DNA from: an uncultured Phycisphaerales bacterium | Lineage (GTDB): Bacteria; Planctomycetota; Phycisphaerae; Sedimentisphaerales; Anaerobacaceae | Assembly: GCA_963710355.1 (NCBI GenBank) | Contig: CAVPZU010000001.1 | Coordinates: forward strand, 25,572 to 89,571 | Direction: 5' to 3' | DNA: 64,000 nt | Shown: positions 11,332-21,366 of the stretch, piece by piece | Layout: each line of letters opens with the position of its first letter | How positions within the stretch are numbered: position 1 is the stretch's first letter | Notes under the pieces: model-generated | The model's database searches: none | Told to the model about the DNA's origin: nothing | The model's input: the letters and a program-made list of their open reading frames with translations, nothing else | Position numbers and translations under genes: made by a program

Positions 11332-12630
11332 TCAATCTTTATCCGCCATACGCATCGGCGGATTAAATTCGGCGCTAACCACCGTGTCTTCTTTGTGCAT
11401 ATAAACATCGCTTATGTCCGTTCCATCAACCTGTTTTCTGATAAGTGCGTAGATAACTGTATTGGCGGTAAAAAAGAAGCTTATTAAAAAAGACAGAACC
11501 AGGCCGCTTACAATCAAAAGATTAATCGAGACCAAAATTGCTGCTATGGATTCAGAAACGTTTCCCACATCGGGAGTTGAAAAACTGCTGAAGTTGGTAA
11601 AGCTTAAATCCGGCCAGAGGGCATTAAGAATATTTGCAGATTTATCGCTGTTGTTGGCGAATATGCTTATTTTCAGAAAGCCGCGAGTAATAAACAGCAG
11701 CAGGAAAGCAAAAAACCTTACGAAAAGATAGCAGGCAAGGCTGTAAATGATTGCGGTAAAACCGTAAAATAGCATTCGCCACGGCCTTGCAAATACGTAG
11801 CTGAAAGAGCGGCTGGCAGAATCAAAACTGTCAGTGCCTTCAAATGCGATAACGGGAAACATCAGACCGAACCCAGCAGCAGAACCAATGGCAATTGTCG
11901 CCGCCAAAAGCCCAAACAACAGGGCGAGCGGCATTAAAATGCCCAATATCAGCGAGCCGGTATAAGGAATGTTTGCCAACAAACCTGTTGCGGATATAAA
12001 AATACCGAAAAGAAGAATTATTCCGAATGGAACCAGCGGAGCGAAAAACAAGGAGCGGAACTTCCTTGTGCTGAACCGGATGGCCTCAAAAAGTCCCGGC
12101 TTTTCACCCCTGGCGAACTGCAGGGCGGCAATCCGGCAAATTGCCCCGCCCCCGATGGCGATAACCGCAAGATTAATTATCGAAAAAACAACCGCATAGA
12201 TCGGGTGATAAAGAAACGCCCACCGGATTATCTTGATGTAATTATACATCGTATTAAAAAATTGCGACATATCCGATTGTAAAAGCGAGATGATTGTGAA
12301 ATGACATTGCACCGGCAGAGTTTGCCAGACAGTCTCGAATACGCCGTGGTATAAGTATTGCTGCGTATTTTCACTGATAAAATCCGGCACTTGCTCGGGA
12401 TTTCGCAGATAAATATCCAGTTCTGTTGAGCCGTTGTTGTCGGTGACGACCGTGGGTTTGAGGTCTAAAAGCCTCCCACAACCCCAGATAATTGCCAGAG
12501 ACAGAAATGCGATTATCAGATTTTTGGGGTGAACGGCTATCTTGAAGGTCTGGAATATTTTCAGGAAAAGGAGGTTATTAAAAAACTGAACTGATTCCTT
12601 GTTGCTGTTCATATTAAATCCTTTCAACAT
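11332..12630 (-). CDS. Hypothetical polytopic membrane protein
   Basis: A 432-aa ORF with many hydrophobic segments. I recognise no family. Confidence 0.5.
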   Translation of the reverse strand: MLKGFNMNSNKESVQFFNNLLFLKIFQTFKIAVHPKNLIIAFLSLAIIWGCGRLLDLKPTVVTDNNGSTELDIYLRNPEQVPDFISENTQQYLYHGVFETVWQTLPVQCHFTIISLLQSDMSQFFNTMYNYIKIIRWAFLYHPIYAVVFSIINLAVIAIGGGAICRIAALQFARGEKPGLFEAIRFSTRKFRSLFFAPLVPFGIILLFGIFISATGLLANIPYTGSLILGILMPLALLFGLLAATIAIGSAAGFGLMFPVIAFEGTDSFDSASRSFSYVFARPWRMLFYGFTAIIYSLACYLFVRFFAFLLLFITRGFLKISIFANNSDKSANILNALWPDLSFTNFSSFSTPDVGNVSESIAAILVSINLLIVSGLVLSFLISFFFTANTVIYALIRKQVDGTDISDVYMHKEDTVVSAEFNPPMRMADKD

Positions 12631-12976
12631 CTTGCCGTAAAGGCGATTACCTTAACACGCTTAAATATATTGCTGTTGTGGGTGATTTTCAACAGATTTT
12701 AGAAGGTTTTTTTTGATTGTTGTTCGGCTGTCTTCTAATCGCTTTTTGTGTCAGCCGGTCTGCTAATTATTTTGTATTCGCTGTTCAGCCAGCTTCCGAG
12801 GTCCACAAGTTTGCATCGGGGCGAGTTCGCCTGCGGCGAATTTACGCCCCCTGTCTCTGATGATTTTTTTACAGACTGGACATCTGTATTTTATTTGTTT
12901 GTGCTTTTAAGACTTTTTCCGTTTGATAGGCTCACGGCTTTGGGCGAAGTCGAGAAGGGGTCCAGACTCTAAAAAA

Positions 12977-13435
12977 TTATTCTTTTTCTTCCGACGCCTG
13001 TCCCTTTTCGAGCATCTGTGCGTATTCCACGCTGTATCTTGCCCAGGGCTGGGCTTCGAGACGGGCATTTGGTATTGGTTTGTTCGACCCCTGGCAAATC
13101 CCGTAGGTGCCTTCCTCAATACGAGCAAGGGCATCGTCAATTTCTCGCAGCAGCTTCCTTTCGCTGTCCACCAGCCCGATGGCAAATTCCTGCTCAAAAT
13201 TGTCGCTGCCGAGGTCGGCCATGTGAATCGGCATGCTCGAAAGATTGCCCGACGCATCAAGCTGGGATTTTTTCAGAACCTCGCCTTCCATCTCGTTGAC
13301 GCTGCCGAGAATCTCTCCTCGCTTTTCTAAAAGCAGTTTCCTGAAATGTTCAATATCCTCGGTGGTCAGCTTCTCATTATCCGGTTTGACTGCCGGCTTC
13401 TTTTCTGTTGATGTTTTTTTGCTTTTTCTGTTCAC
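12977..13435 (-). CDS. dksA: DksA/TraR-family regulator with a degenerate (Cys-poor) zinc finger
   Basis: Has the coiled-coil region plus EEGTYGICQGSNKPIPNARLEAQPWARYSVEYAQ. Only 1 of the 4 canonical Cys positions is retained. Confidence 0.8.
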   Translation of the reverse strand: MNRKSKKTSTEKKPAVKPDNEKLTTEDIEHFRKLLLEKRGEILGSVNEMEGEVLKKSQLDASGNLSSMPIHMADLGSDNFEQEFAIGLVDSERKLLREIDDALARIEEGTYGICQGSNKPIPNARLEAQPWARYSVEYAQMLEKGQASEEKE

Positions 13436-13486
13436 GTTTAAACCATAATAAAAATACAGTTTTTGTCAAATTTCCCAAAACTCTGC

Positions 13487-13514
13487 ATTATAACAAATAC
13501 CAAAGTATTTGCAA
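13487..13514 (-). promoter_or_regulatory. Near-consensus sigma70-type promoter upstream of dksA
   Basis: The minus strand reads TTGCAA-16 nt-TGtTATAAT (extended -10), about 50 nt upstream of the GTG start at 13435. Confidence 0.5.
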
Positions 13515-13641
13515 GTTCTCTGTCCATATTTGTTTTAATTTCGGCTTCTATCGTTGATTTGTTTAGAATATTTAGAATATAAAGAGAATATGCCGTTTTA
13601 TCTGTTTTTTGGCTTGTCTGAAGCCTGACTTTTGTTCGACT

Positions 13642-14479
13642 TTAGGTGATTTTGCCGCTGTCTTTTGCGAGATTGCCCAGGGGAAGGAAGAAATTACCCT
13701 CATTTACCCTGCCCGAAAAAACCTTTACCCCGAAAAGGGCCTCAATTTGTGGCCTGGTAAGTATTTCTCCTGAGAGTCCGAATTGGTATCCGCCTTGTGG
13801 TCCGATAAGCAGTGCATAGTCGGCATATTGAGCCGCCAGATTGATGTCGTGCGTCACCGCTACTATCGTCTTGCCTTTTTCTATCTGGGCAGCCTTGAGC
13901 AGGTCAAAGATATTTATCTGATGTTTGATGTCCAGAAAATTGGTTGGTTCGTCGAGAAGCAGGATTGTTGTGTCCTGTGCGATGGCCCTTGCGATGAAGA
14001 CACGCTGCCTTTCTCCGCTGCTCAAATTTCTCATATTTCTGGATGCCAGACTGACTGGTATCCGTTATTTCGAGGGCTTCCTTGACAAGTTGTTTATCTG
14101 TTTTGTTTTCGAAGCCGAACGTGTCCGAGTAAGGCAGTCTGCCCATCGAGACAATCTCTGCAACGGTAAAATCGAATACGGGGACAAATTCCTGGCGGAC
14201 AACGGCGATTTTTTTGGCAAGTTTTTTTGCAGAGTAATTCTGTATCGGTGCTGAATCAATTTCAATGTAGCCGGCCTGCGCTTTGAGCAGTCCGCAGAGC
14301 AGATTAAGCAAAGTCGTTTTGCCCGCACCGTTGGGGCCGACAATGCTGACGAAGCTGCCGCGCGTCACTTCAAAGCTTAAATCCTTTAGCACCTGTCCGC
14401 CGTCCTTGTGGCGGAGCGGTTCCTCTGAGTAGCTGAATGTCAAATTGTGGACTTTAATTATACTGTTCATTGCAGCCAA
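13642..14479 (-). CDS. Iron-siderophore/cobalamin-type ABC transporter ATP-binding protein; reading frame interrupted near 14050
   Basis: Walker A (GPNGAGKTTLL) lies in ORF 13904-14479. The signature LSSGERQR and Walker B ILLLDEPT lie in ORF 13642-14034. The two frames join around EALEITDTSQ / LASRNMRNLS with an apparent extra base. Confidence 0.85.
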
Positions 14480-15495
14480 TAGACCTTTTTATTGTATTTA
14501 GCCAGCAGGATAAGAAAGAAAGGCCCGCCTGCCAGTGCGGTAATGACTCCCACCGGCAATTGTTCCTGCTGGAAAATAGTCCTTGCGATTGTGTCGGCAA
14601 CAACAAGAAATGCGGCGCCGATTATCGCGCTGGCCGGCAGGAGCTGTCGATGGTCAGGCCCGAAAATCAGGCGAACGCCGTGCGGAATTATCAGCCCGAT
14701 AAATCCGATAAGACCAGACAGACTTACGGCAATGGCGGTGATAAAGGCTGAAAGTGCGAAGGCGACAACCTTAACTTTGCTTATCTCCACGCCTAAATTT
14801 TGTGCCTCCTCTTCGCCGAGACTGAGGGCATTTAATTTATGGCTTATGGTAAGCAGCACAGTTTCTCCGCCGATAATGCAAATCGCAGCGATGATGAGGA
14901 CGGACCAGTCTTTGGCTGTTATGTTGCCCATCAGCCAGTATATTGTGGTTCTCAGTTCATCGCTTTTCGCTATCGATGTCAGGAACATAATGACCGCAGA
15001 GAAAAATGCGTTGATGACGACACCCGCCAGCAGCAGGCTCGTCACCTGCCGCCTGCCGGTGAATCTGCCGACCAGCCACACTAACCAGACCGTTCCGAGC
15101 GAGCCCGCGAACGCAAATAGGCTGATTGGCGAACCTCCCCAGACATTAAAACTTATTCCCGAAAGAATAGCGATGATAGTTCCCAGGCCTGCACCGCTTG
15201 ATATGCCTAATATATACGGGTCTGCCAGCGGATTTCGCAAAAGGGCCTGCAAGATAACACCGGCGCTGGCCAGCGCAGAGCCCACCAGTGCCGCCAGAAT
15301 TATCCTCTGGAGTCTGATGATAAAAATCTGGTAATCAATATTTTCTGTTGGCGCCTGTCCGCTTCCTTTGAAAACGTTGGCGACTGAAATCCTTTGTTGT
15401 CCTGTCAATGTGCACAAAATGACTGCTGCCGCCAGAATCAGCAGGCAAAGTGTAATGTTAAATAACATTTTTTTTGCCGTTAAGGTTTCAGTCAT
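14467..15495 (-). CDS. FecCD-family ABC transporter permease (BtuC/FhuB-like)
   Basis: A 342-aa polytopic protein with the typical FecCD sequence (LRNPLADPYILGISSGAGLG). Confidence 0.9.
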   Translation of the reverse strand: MTETLTAKKMLFNITLCLLILAAAVILCTLTGQQRISVANVFKGSGQAPTENIDYQIFIIRLQRIILAALVGSALASAGVILQALLRNPLADPYILGISSGAGLGTIIAILSGISFNVWGGSPISLFAFAGSLGTVWLVWLVGRFTGRRQVTSLLLAGVVINAFFSAVIMFLTSIAKSDELRTTIYWLMGNITAKDWSVLIIAAICIIGGETVLLTISHKLNALSLGEEEAQNLGVEISKVKVVAFALSAFITAIAVSLSGLIGFIGLIIPHGVRLIFGPDHRQLLPASAIIGAAFLVVADTIARTIFQQEQLPVGVITALAGGPFFLILLAKYNKKVYWLQ

Positions 15496-16432
15496 TTATG
15501 GTGGTCGAACCATTTTGCTCTTTATTTTCGTTTCTGTCGTTTTCTCCGGGCTGCTCCGGATGAAGAATACGGCCGACCTTTTCTATTCCCTGCGGCAGTC
15601 TCGGTCCCAATCGCAGCACGAGGTCCGAGTTGACAACATAAATTCTGCCCATCTTTACCGCCGGCAGATTGGTCTGTTTGGCCCAGATTTTTTTGGCCTC
15701 TTTCTGCTGCTCTGCGATGTCTGTTTTGCCCATAGCCGATTGTATTATTACTTCCGCAGGACACGCCAGAAGCTCTTCTTCGCCGATTTGCGGGTATTGC
15801 TGAATGGTTTGGCCTAAGCAATTTTCTCCGCCGGCAATCTCAATCAATTCATTGATAAAAGTATTGCGGCCGGCCACCCGGAGCGGTTCCGGCTGAACCA
15901 CCCACAGCGTTTTTGTCTTTTTTGCCCGGGCAAATTTCGACCTTAAGTTATTTATCTGGGTATCGATATCGATAGACACCTTTTCTGCCTCCTGCCGGCA
16001 GCGAGCAGCGCTTCCAATCTGCAATATAGCCTCCCGCATCTGGTCGATTGTATCAACCTGAAGCGTCAGAACGGCAATTCCGAGTCGGCCCAGATTGTCT
16101 GCGACAGTTTTTTGCTGCTCAAAGGCCTCTGTTATTACAAGGTCCGGCTTTGCTGCAATAATCGCCTCGATGTTCGGCTGCCAGAACGACCCGACCTGTA
16201 TCTTTTCCTTTGCTTGTGCCGGCCAGTCACTGTCGCTCGAAACTGCGATTATCCTCTTCCCCAGACCGAGCGAATAAGCTATCTCGGTAATGTTCGGCGA
16301 AAGTGTTATTATCCTGTCCGCTGCTGTTGCCTCTCCAGACCTTTTTGTTTTGCATGAAAAGACAACCAACACCAAAGCAGCAGCCAAAAGTAATATGATG
16401 AATGAATATAATCTGACTCTTGAATTCTTCAT
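15488..16432 (-). CDS. Periplasmic substrate-binding protein of the ABC importer (BtuF/FhuD-like)
   Basis: Has a signal peptide and ITLSPNITEIAYSLGLGKRIIAV, typical of class III binding proteins. It is the first gene of the three-gene operon. Confidence 0.85.
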   Translation of the reverse strand: MKNSRVRLYSFIILLLAAALVLVVFSCKTKRSGEATAADRIITLSPNITEIAYSLGLGKRIIAVSSDSDWPAQAKEKIQVGSFWQPNIEAIIAAKPDLVITEAFEQQKTVADNLGRLGIAVLTLQVDTIDQMREAILQIGSAARCRQEAEKVSIDIDTQINNLRSKFARAKKTKTLWVVQPEPLRVAGRNTFINELIEIAGGENCLGQTIQQYPQIGEEELLACPAEVIIQSAMGKTDIAEQQKEAKKIWAKQTNLPAVKMGRIYVVNSDLVLRLGPRLPQGIEKVGRILHPEQPGENDRNENKEQNGSTTIND

Positions 16433-16456
16433 TCTACATTCTTCATTCTACATTCA

Positions 16457-18232
16457 TTAGGTTCTCTTGAACTGTTTTTCTAATTCTGCCCTCGAAAATT
16501 TTATCATCGTTGGTCTTCCGTGCGGGCAGCGGCCTGGCTGTTCGAGCTTTTCTCGGTCGGCCAGAAGTTGTTCGATTTCATTGTCGCCAAGTTTCTCGCC
16601 CGCCTTCACCGCCGCCTTGCAAGCCGCCTTATATAAAACATTATCCATAAGCTGCGTATCGCCGGATTGTTTTTCTTTGTCCCTAACAATCTCTATCAGG
16701 TCTTTTACCAATTCCGCAGGCGACGCCTTCGCCAGCAGGGCGGGGAACGATTGTATCGCAAACGTCTTCGGCCCGAAAGGTGTCAATTCTATGCCGAGCC
16801 TTTCAAAAATCTCCGCATTATTTTTTATTACCTCCGCCTCGACCGCCGTCACCTCGAAGCTTTCCGGTATCAAAAGTTTCTGCGATTCGAGGCTTCCTGC
16901 CTGCAATCGGCTGCGCAAGTTTTCATACATTATCCTCTCGTGAAGGGCGTGCTGGTCGATTATCACAAAGCCGTCCTCCGTCTCTGTTATAATGAACGTA
17001 TCGTGAATCTGGATATAATTTCTCGGCTTAAAATATTGCTCGTATCCGGTTTCTGCATAAGGTTTATTCTGGTGGTAGCTTTTTTCTGCTGACGGCCTTG
17101 AAGCCTGTTCAAAGCCGAGATGCTGCTCTTGTTTTGACGCCCCGTGTTTTCTAAAAAAATCCGCCATCGCATCGGTTATCTGCTGACCGGGTGCTTTTTG
17201 CATAGGCATTTTCCCATCAATGCCGATGTCGGTTGATAATATCTTTTCCCGCAGAACCGCCAGTATTTGCGAATGCACCAGATTTGCGTTGTAGAAACGG
17301 ACCTCAATCTTCGAGGGATGCACATTTACATCGTAATCTTCGAAGGGCATCTGAATGAATAAAAATACGACCGGAAATCTGCTTTCGTCGATTGTCCCGC
17401 GATAGGCCTCCCTGATTGCATGCGAGATAAATTTGTCGCGGATGAACCTGCCGTTAAGGAATATATATTGAAATTTATTGCTGGATTTTGCCAGTTCCGG
17501 TCTGCCGATAATCGCACGGATTTGCAGGCCCGTTTTTTTCTCTATGATCTCGGTCTCAATCAAATTGTCGGCAATTTCCGGCGAAAGCAGTTCGCTTATT
17601 CTCTGCCGCAGGCCGCAGCCGCTCTCAAGATGAAGCAATTCCTTATTGTTTGACGACAAAATCATTTCTATTTTTTCGTTCGGCAAAGCAATACGGGTGA
17701 ATGTCTCAATAATGTGCGACAATTCGGTATTTGCGGTCTTGAGGAATTTTCGCCTCGCGGGCAGCTTATAAAACAGGTCTCGCACCTGAATTGTCGTGCC
17801 GTAATCGCTGCTGCATTCTAAACCCGCCGCAGGCGAACCTTTCTCGCCGCAGTCTATATTTATGCAATGGCCGCTTTCATTCTCTTTTGTCCGGCTTATT
17901 GCCTTTACCTGTGCTACCGCTGCAATGCTCGCCAGCGCCTCGCCCCTGAAACCCAGCGTGGCAATTGTTTGCAGGTCTTTTTCGCTCTTGATTTTACTTG
18001 TAGCGTGCGGCTCGAATGCAAACCGCAAATCCTCAGCGTCCATTCCGCCGCCGTTATCGCTTACCGATATTAGTTTCGCTCCTCCCTGCTCGACCGAGAT
18101 GGTAATTTTCGTTGCGCCTGCGTCGATGCTGTTTTCCATCAGTTCTTTTACGATGCTGGCTGGCCTTTCTATTACCTCGCCTGCGGCTATCATATTGACT
18201 AAATTGCGGTCGAGTATCTTTATCTGTCCCAT
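16457..18232 (-). CDS. mutL: DNA mismatch repair protein MutL
   Basis: 591 aa with a GHKL ATPase N-terminus (MIAAGEVIERPASIVKELMENSIDA, GFRGEALASI) and a MutL C-terminal dimerisation domain. Confidence 0.95.
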   Translation of the reverse strand: MGQIKILDRNLVNMIAAGEVIERPASIVKELMENSIDAGATKITISVEQGGAKLISVSDNGGGMDAEDLRFAFEPHATSKIKSEKDLQTIATLGFRGEALASIAAVAQVKAISRTKENESGHCINIDCGEKGSPAAGLECSSDYGTTIQVRDLFYKLPARRKFLKTANTELSHIIETFTRIALPNEKIEMILSSNNKELLHLESGCGLRQRISELLSPEIADNLIETEIIEKKTGLQIRAIIGRPELAKSSNKFQYIFLNGRFIRDKFISHAIREAYRGTIDESRFPVVFLFIQMPFEDYDVNVHPSKIEVRFYNANLVHSQILAVLREKILSTDIGIDGKMPMQKAPGQQITDAMADFFRKHGASKQEQHLGFEQASRPSAEKSYHQNKPYAETGYEQYFKPRNYIQIHDTFIITETEDGFVIIDQHALHERIMYENLRSRLQAGSLESQKLLIPESFEVTAVEAEVIKNNAEIFERLGIELTPFGPKTFAIQSFPALLAKASPAELVKDLIEIVRDKEKQSGDTQLMDNVLYKAACKAAVKAGEKLGDNEIEQLLADREKLEQPGRCPHGRPTMIKFSRAELEKQFKRT

Positions 18233-18474
18233 ACCCGCCCATTGTATTCATTTCTCCCCGCATTTCCAGCTTTTCGTCAAGTGTATAGGAAGAGAGAAAA
18301 AGCAGAGGACAGAGTTCATGGAGCGACTTAACCACAGGTTTCATAACAAAGAATTTGTTTAATGCCCTTTACTAATTATACTGATTGATAGTAATATGTA
18401 TCTTGTAGAAAATAGTCTAGATTATGATAGTTATTTAATTTTATTGGTTAATTCTTTTTGAAGAAGCAAGAATA

Positions 18475-19608
18475 TTGATTATGAAGGCGAATTTGTGTTC
18501 GAGAAATTTTATACAATTTCATCCGCTCAATAGGTTAAATAGAGGGTTAATTCAATTAGATATATTTAACAGAGAAAATTCTAAGCCATTTCAGCGGAGT
18601 GTTAGAGAACAAAGATTCGCAGCTTGTATGGAATCATTTTACCGGAATGTTATTCGATTGCATCGATTACTTGATTCAATTGCGGGACATCTTAACGTAT
18701 CTTATGATTCAAAAGATAGGAAGCAGCCGTACCAATACCATATTGTTAAGAATTCAATTACGTTGGGTAATGATCTCTTTTTATTTTTCGTTGTTATGAA
18801 AGTATTATTGGATGATATGGCGTTTTTCGTCCCCTTTTATTTTCCCGAACCTATAAAGTACGGTAAAAAAGTTCAAGACTTGCGGGACGAAGAATCCTCT
18901 CTTTCTTTTAGTCAGTTTGAATATTTTTTCTTTCAGAATGAAGACCTTGATAAGGATTTTGCAAATATTTTGAAAGCAAATGATGAATGGACTAAAGAGA
19001 TATGTAATACACGAAATTTTTTAGTCCATCAATTTCATGATATATCTTTGTACGATGATTATTGGACGCATTCATGTTGTGCCCTACTTTACGAATTCTA
19101 TAAACTAAAGACTTTTATTCCTAATATGTTGACATATGTAGCAAAAACGTATTTTTGTTTTGTCAGGTTTACGCATCAATACGAAGAACATTTTAAAAAG
19201 ATGTGTGAAATCCGATTTCCTAAATTTGAATACTTTTCTTCAGGCCATGCGTATTCTAGTGGTTTAGGAAAAACGCATTTGTTTTTTTCAGGTCTAGGAC
19301 GGTTATTGCAAAACGGCATTCTAATCAGGATTCACCCTGCACAGAGAATGCGTATCCCTAAAATACTGGAATATTTTATGCGTGAGGAAAGAATTGTTTG
19401 TGGTATATGCTCTCGCTATGAAATCAAAATCAAGCCTTTCATAGAAAATTATGTAATCATCTTCTCATATTGCGGTTGCGGTAATCCTTTATCAATACCT
19501 TTGAGAGTCGAGAGAAATTTTTACCCTCATTTTATGGATCAAAATCAAAAACATATAATTGACAGTTTGATCCCATATGAATTGAAAATGAAAATATTAG
19601 CCTTATAG
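18475..19608 (+). CDS. Orphan hypothetical protein in an AT-rich islet (RNxxxH motif, C-terminal CxxC...CxC)
   Basis: A 377-aa ORF on the strand opposite its neighbours. It contains CNTRNFLVHQF and CGICSRYE...YCGCGNP. I recognise no confident family. Confidence 0.55.
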   Translation: MIMKANLCSRNFIQFHPLNRLNRGLIQLDIFNRENSKPFQRSVREQRFAACMESFYRNVIRLHRLLDSIAGHLNVSYDSKDRKQPYQYHIVKNSITLGNDLFLFFVVMKVLLDDMAFFVPFYFPEPIKYGKKVQDLRDEESSLSFSQFEYFFFQNEDLDKDFANILKANDEWTKEICNTRNFLVHQFHDISLYDDYWTHSCCALLYEFYKLKTFIPNMLTYVAKTYFCFVRFTHQYEEHFKKMCEIRFPKFEYFSSGHAYSSGLGKTHLFFSGLGRLLQNGILIRIHPAQRMRIPKILEYFMREERIVCGICSRYEIKIKPFIENYVIIFSYCGCGNPLSIPLRVERNFYPHFMDQNQKHIIDSLIPYELKMKILAL

Positions 19609-19791
19609 TCATATAAGAAAGTCGAGAATTATATTACTACTGCAAAACCCGTTGCTGGTGTGACTTTCCCGAACGATATCTGGGTCAAGATGACAACCGT
19701 TTGGCAGAGGTGTTAAATGTAGGTGGAAATATGAACCCCGTCAAGTCGTGGCAGTGTTAACCAAAATGTAAATGGGAATTTTGTTTATGAG

Positions 19792-21366
19792 TCATGGCAG
19801 TAGCAGGCTTTTGCCCGTCATCTCTTCAGGCTGCGGCAGACCCATTATTTCGAGCATAGTCGGCCCGATGTCGGCCAGGCAGCCGCCCTGACGAAGTTGC
19901 CTGCCTTTATAGCGTTCGTCAAAAATGATGAACGGCACATCGCCAATCGTATGGGCTGTATGCGGCTGATTTTCCTTAAAGTCCCACATCTTTTCGAAGT
20001 TGCCGTGGTCGGCGGTGATAATCGCCGAACCGCCCATCTCTTTTACCTTATCGAGAATTTTGCCGACACAACTATCGACGGCCTCGGCGGCCTTTATCGC
20101 CGCCTCCAGAACTCCCGTATGCCCGACCATATCCGGATTGGCAAAATTGATTACCATCACGTCATATTTATCCGAAGCCAATCTTTCCAGCACGACCTCG
20201 CAAACCTCGAAAGCTGACATCTCGGGTTTTAAATCATAAGTTCGAACTCGCGGTGAAGGAACTATCTGTCTGTCCTCACCCGGGAACGGCTTTTCCGCAT
20301 AGTCGTTGAAAAAGAATGTCACGTGGGCATATTTTTCCGTCTCTGCACAGCGGAACTGCGCCAGGCCGAGGCTGCTCCAATATGCGGCGAGGATGTTTTT
20401 CATTTTCGGCGGCTTCGGGAACGCCACAGGCGCAGGTATTGTGGCGTCATATTCTGTCAAACACACATAGTAAATGTCCGGTTTCGTTGCCCTGTTGAAT
20501 TCCTTGAAGTCTGTTTGAACGAGTGCGCGGGTAATCTCTCGCGGCCTGTCCCCGCGGAAGTTGAAGAAAATCACCCCGTCGCCGTCATCTATTGTGGCTA
20601 TCGGCATACCTTCGTCATTGACGATTGCCGTCGGCTCAATGAATTCATCGGTCACTTGCTTGCCGTAGCTTTGTGCAACGGCCTCGGCGGCGCTCTTTGC
20701 CTTATTGCCTTTGCCGTTTCGCATACACTCGTAAGCCTTCTGCACTCGCTCCCATCGGCTGTCCCGGTCCATCGCATAGAATCTGCCTATCACGGATGCA
20801 ATTTTGCCTACGCCGATTTGCTTTGCCTTCGCCTCGATTTGGGCAATGTAGCCTGCGCCGCTGTCGGGCGGTGAATCCCGGCCATCTGTGAATGCGTGGA
20901 TAAAGACCTTTGCCACATTGTTTCTTTTGGCAAGTTCGAGCAGCCCGTATAAATGCTCTAAAAATGAATGAACGCCGATATCGCTGCAAAGACCCAATAA
21001 GTGCATCTTCCCGTTGCGTTTTTTTACAAATTCGATGAGGTTCAGGAATTCGGAATTCTTGAAAAATGAGCCGTCGGCAATTGCAAGGCTGATTCGCACC
21101 GATTCCTGCGGCACCATTCTGCCGGCGCCGATATTCTGGTGGCCTACTTCGCTGTTTCCCATCGTCCCTTTTGGCAGGCCGACATATTCTCCATAGGTAT
21201 GAATCAGGCAATTCGGGAACTCGGCCATCAGCATATCGTTCACTGGAACTTTTGCACATTTTGGGGTGTTGAATTTGTCTTCATCGGGGTTGGGGTTATA
21301 GCCCCACCCGTCGCGGATGATTAAAACGAATGGTTTTCTTTCCAGAAGTGCCTTTTTCTTTGCCAT
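19792..21366 (-). CDS. gpmI: 2,3-bisphosphoglycerate-independent phosphoglycerate mutase
   Basis: 524 aa with the GNSEVGHQNIGAGR and ITADHGN motifs. Confidence 0.95.
   Translation of the reverse strand: MAKKKALLERKPFVLIIRDGWGYNPNPDEDKFNTPKCAKVPVNDMLMAEFPNCLIHTYGEYVGLPKGTMGNSEVGHQNIGAGRMVPQESVRISLAIADGSFFKNSEFLNLIEFVKKRNGKMHLLGLCSDIGVHSFLEHLYGLLELAKRNNVAKVFIHAFTDGRDSPPDSGAGYIAQIEAKAKQIGVGKIASVIGRFYAMDRDSRWERVQKAYECMRNGKGNKAKSAAEAVAQSYGKQVTDEFIEPTAIVNDEGMPIATIDDGDGVIFFNFRGDRPREITRALVQTDFKEFNRATKPDIYYVCLTEYDATIPAPVAFPKPPKMKNILAAYWSSLGLAQFRCAETEKYAHVTFFFNDYAEKPFPGEDRQIVPSPRVRTYDLKPEMSAFEVCEVVLERLASDKYDVMVINFANPDMVGHTGVLEAAIKAAEAVDSCVGKILDKVKEMGGSAIITADHGNFEKMWDFKENQPHTAHTIGDVPFIIFDERYKGRQLRQGGCLADIGPTMLEIMGLPQPEEMTGKSLLLP

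Noticed and set aside
12748-12972. A 74-aa plus-strand ORF in the membrane-protein/dksA intergenic region, and the nested hairpin ggggcg..ttcgcc-tgc-ggcgaa..cgcccc at 12818-12850.
   Set aside because: The ORF has no start context or family resemblance. The hairpin is real, but it has no adjacent T-run in the orientation of either neighbouring gene, so I cannot assign it a function.
16433-16456. A cobalamin or other riboswitch upstream of the btuF-like operon.
   Set aside because: Only 24 nt separate it from the mutL stop, which is too short for any known riboswitch aptamer.
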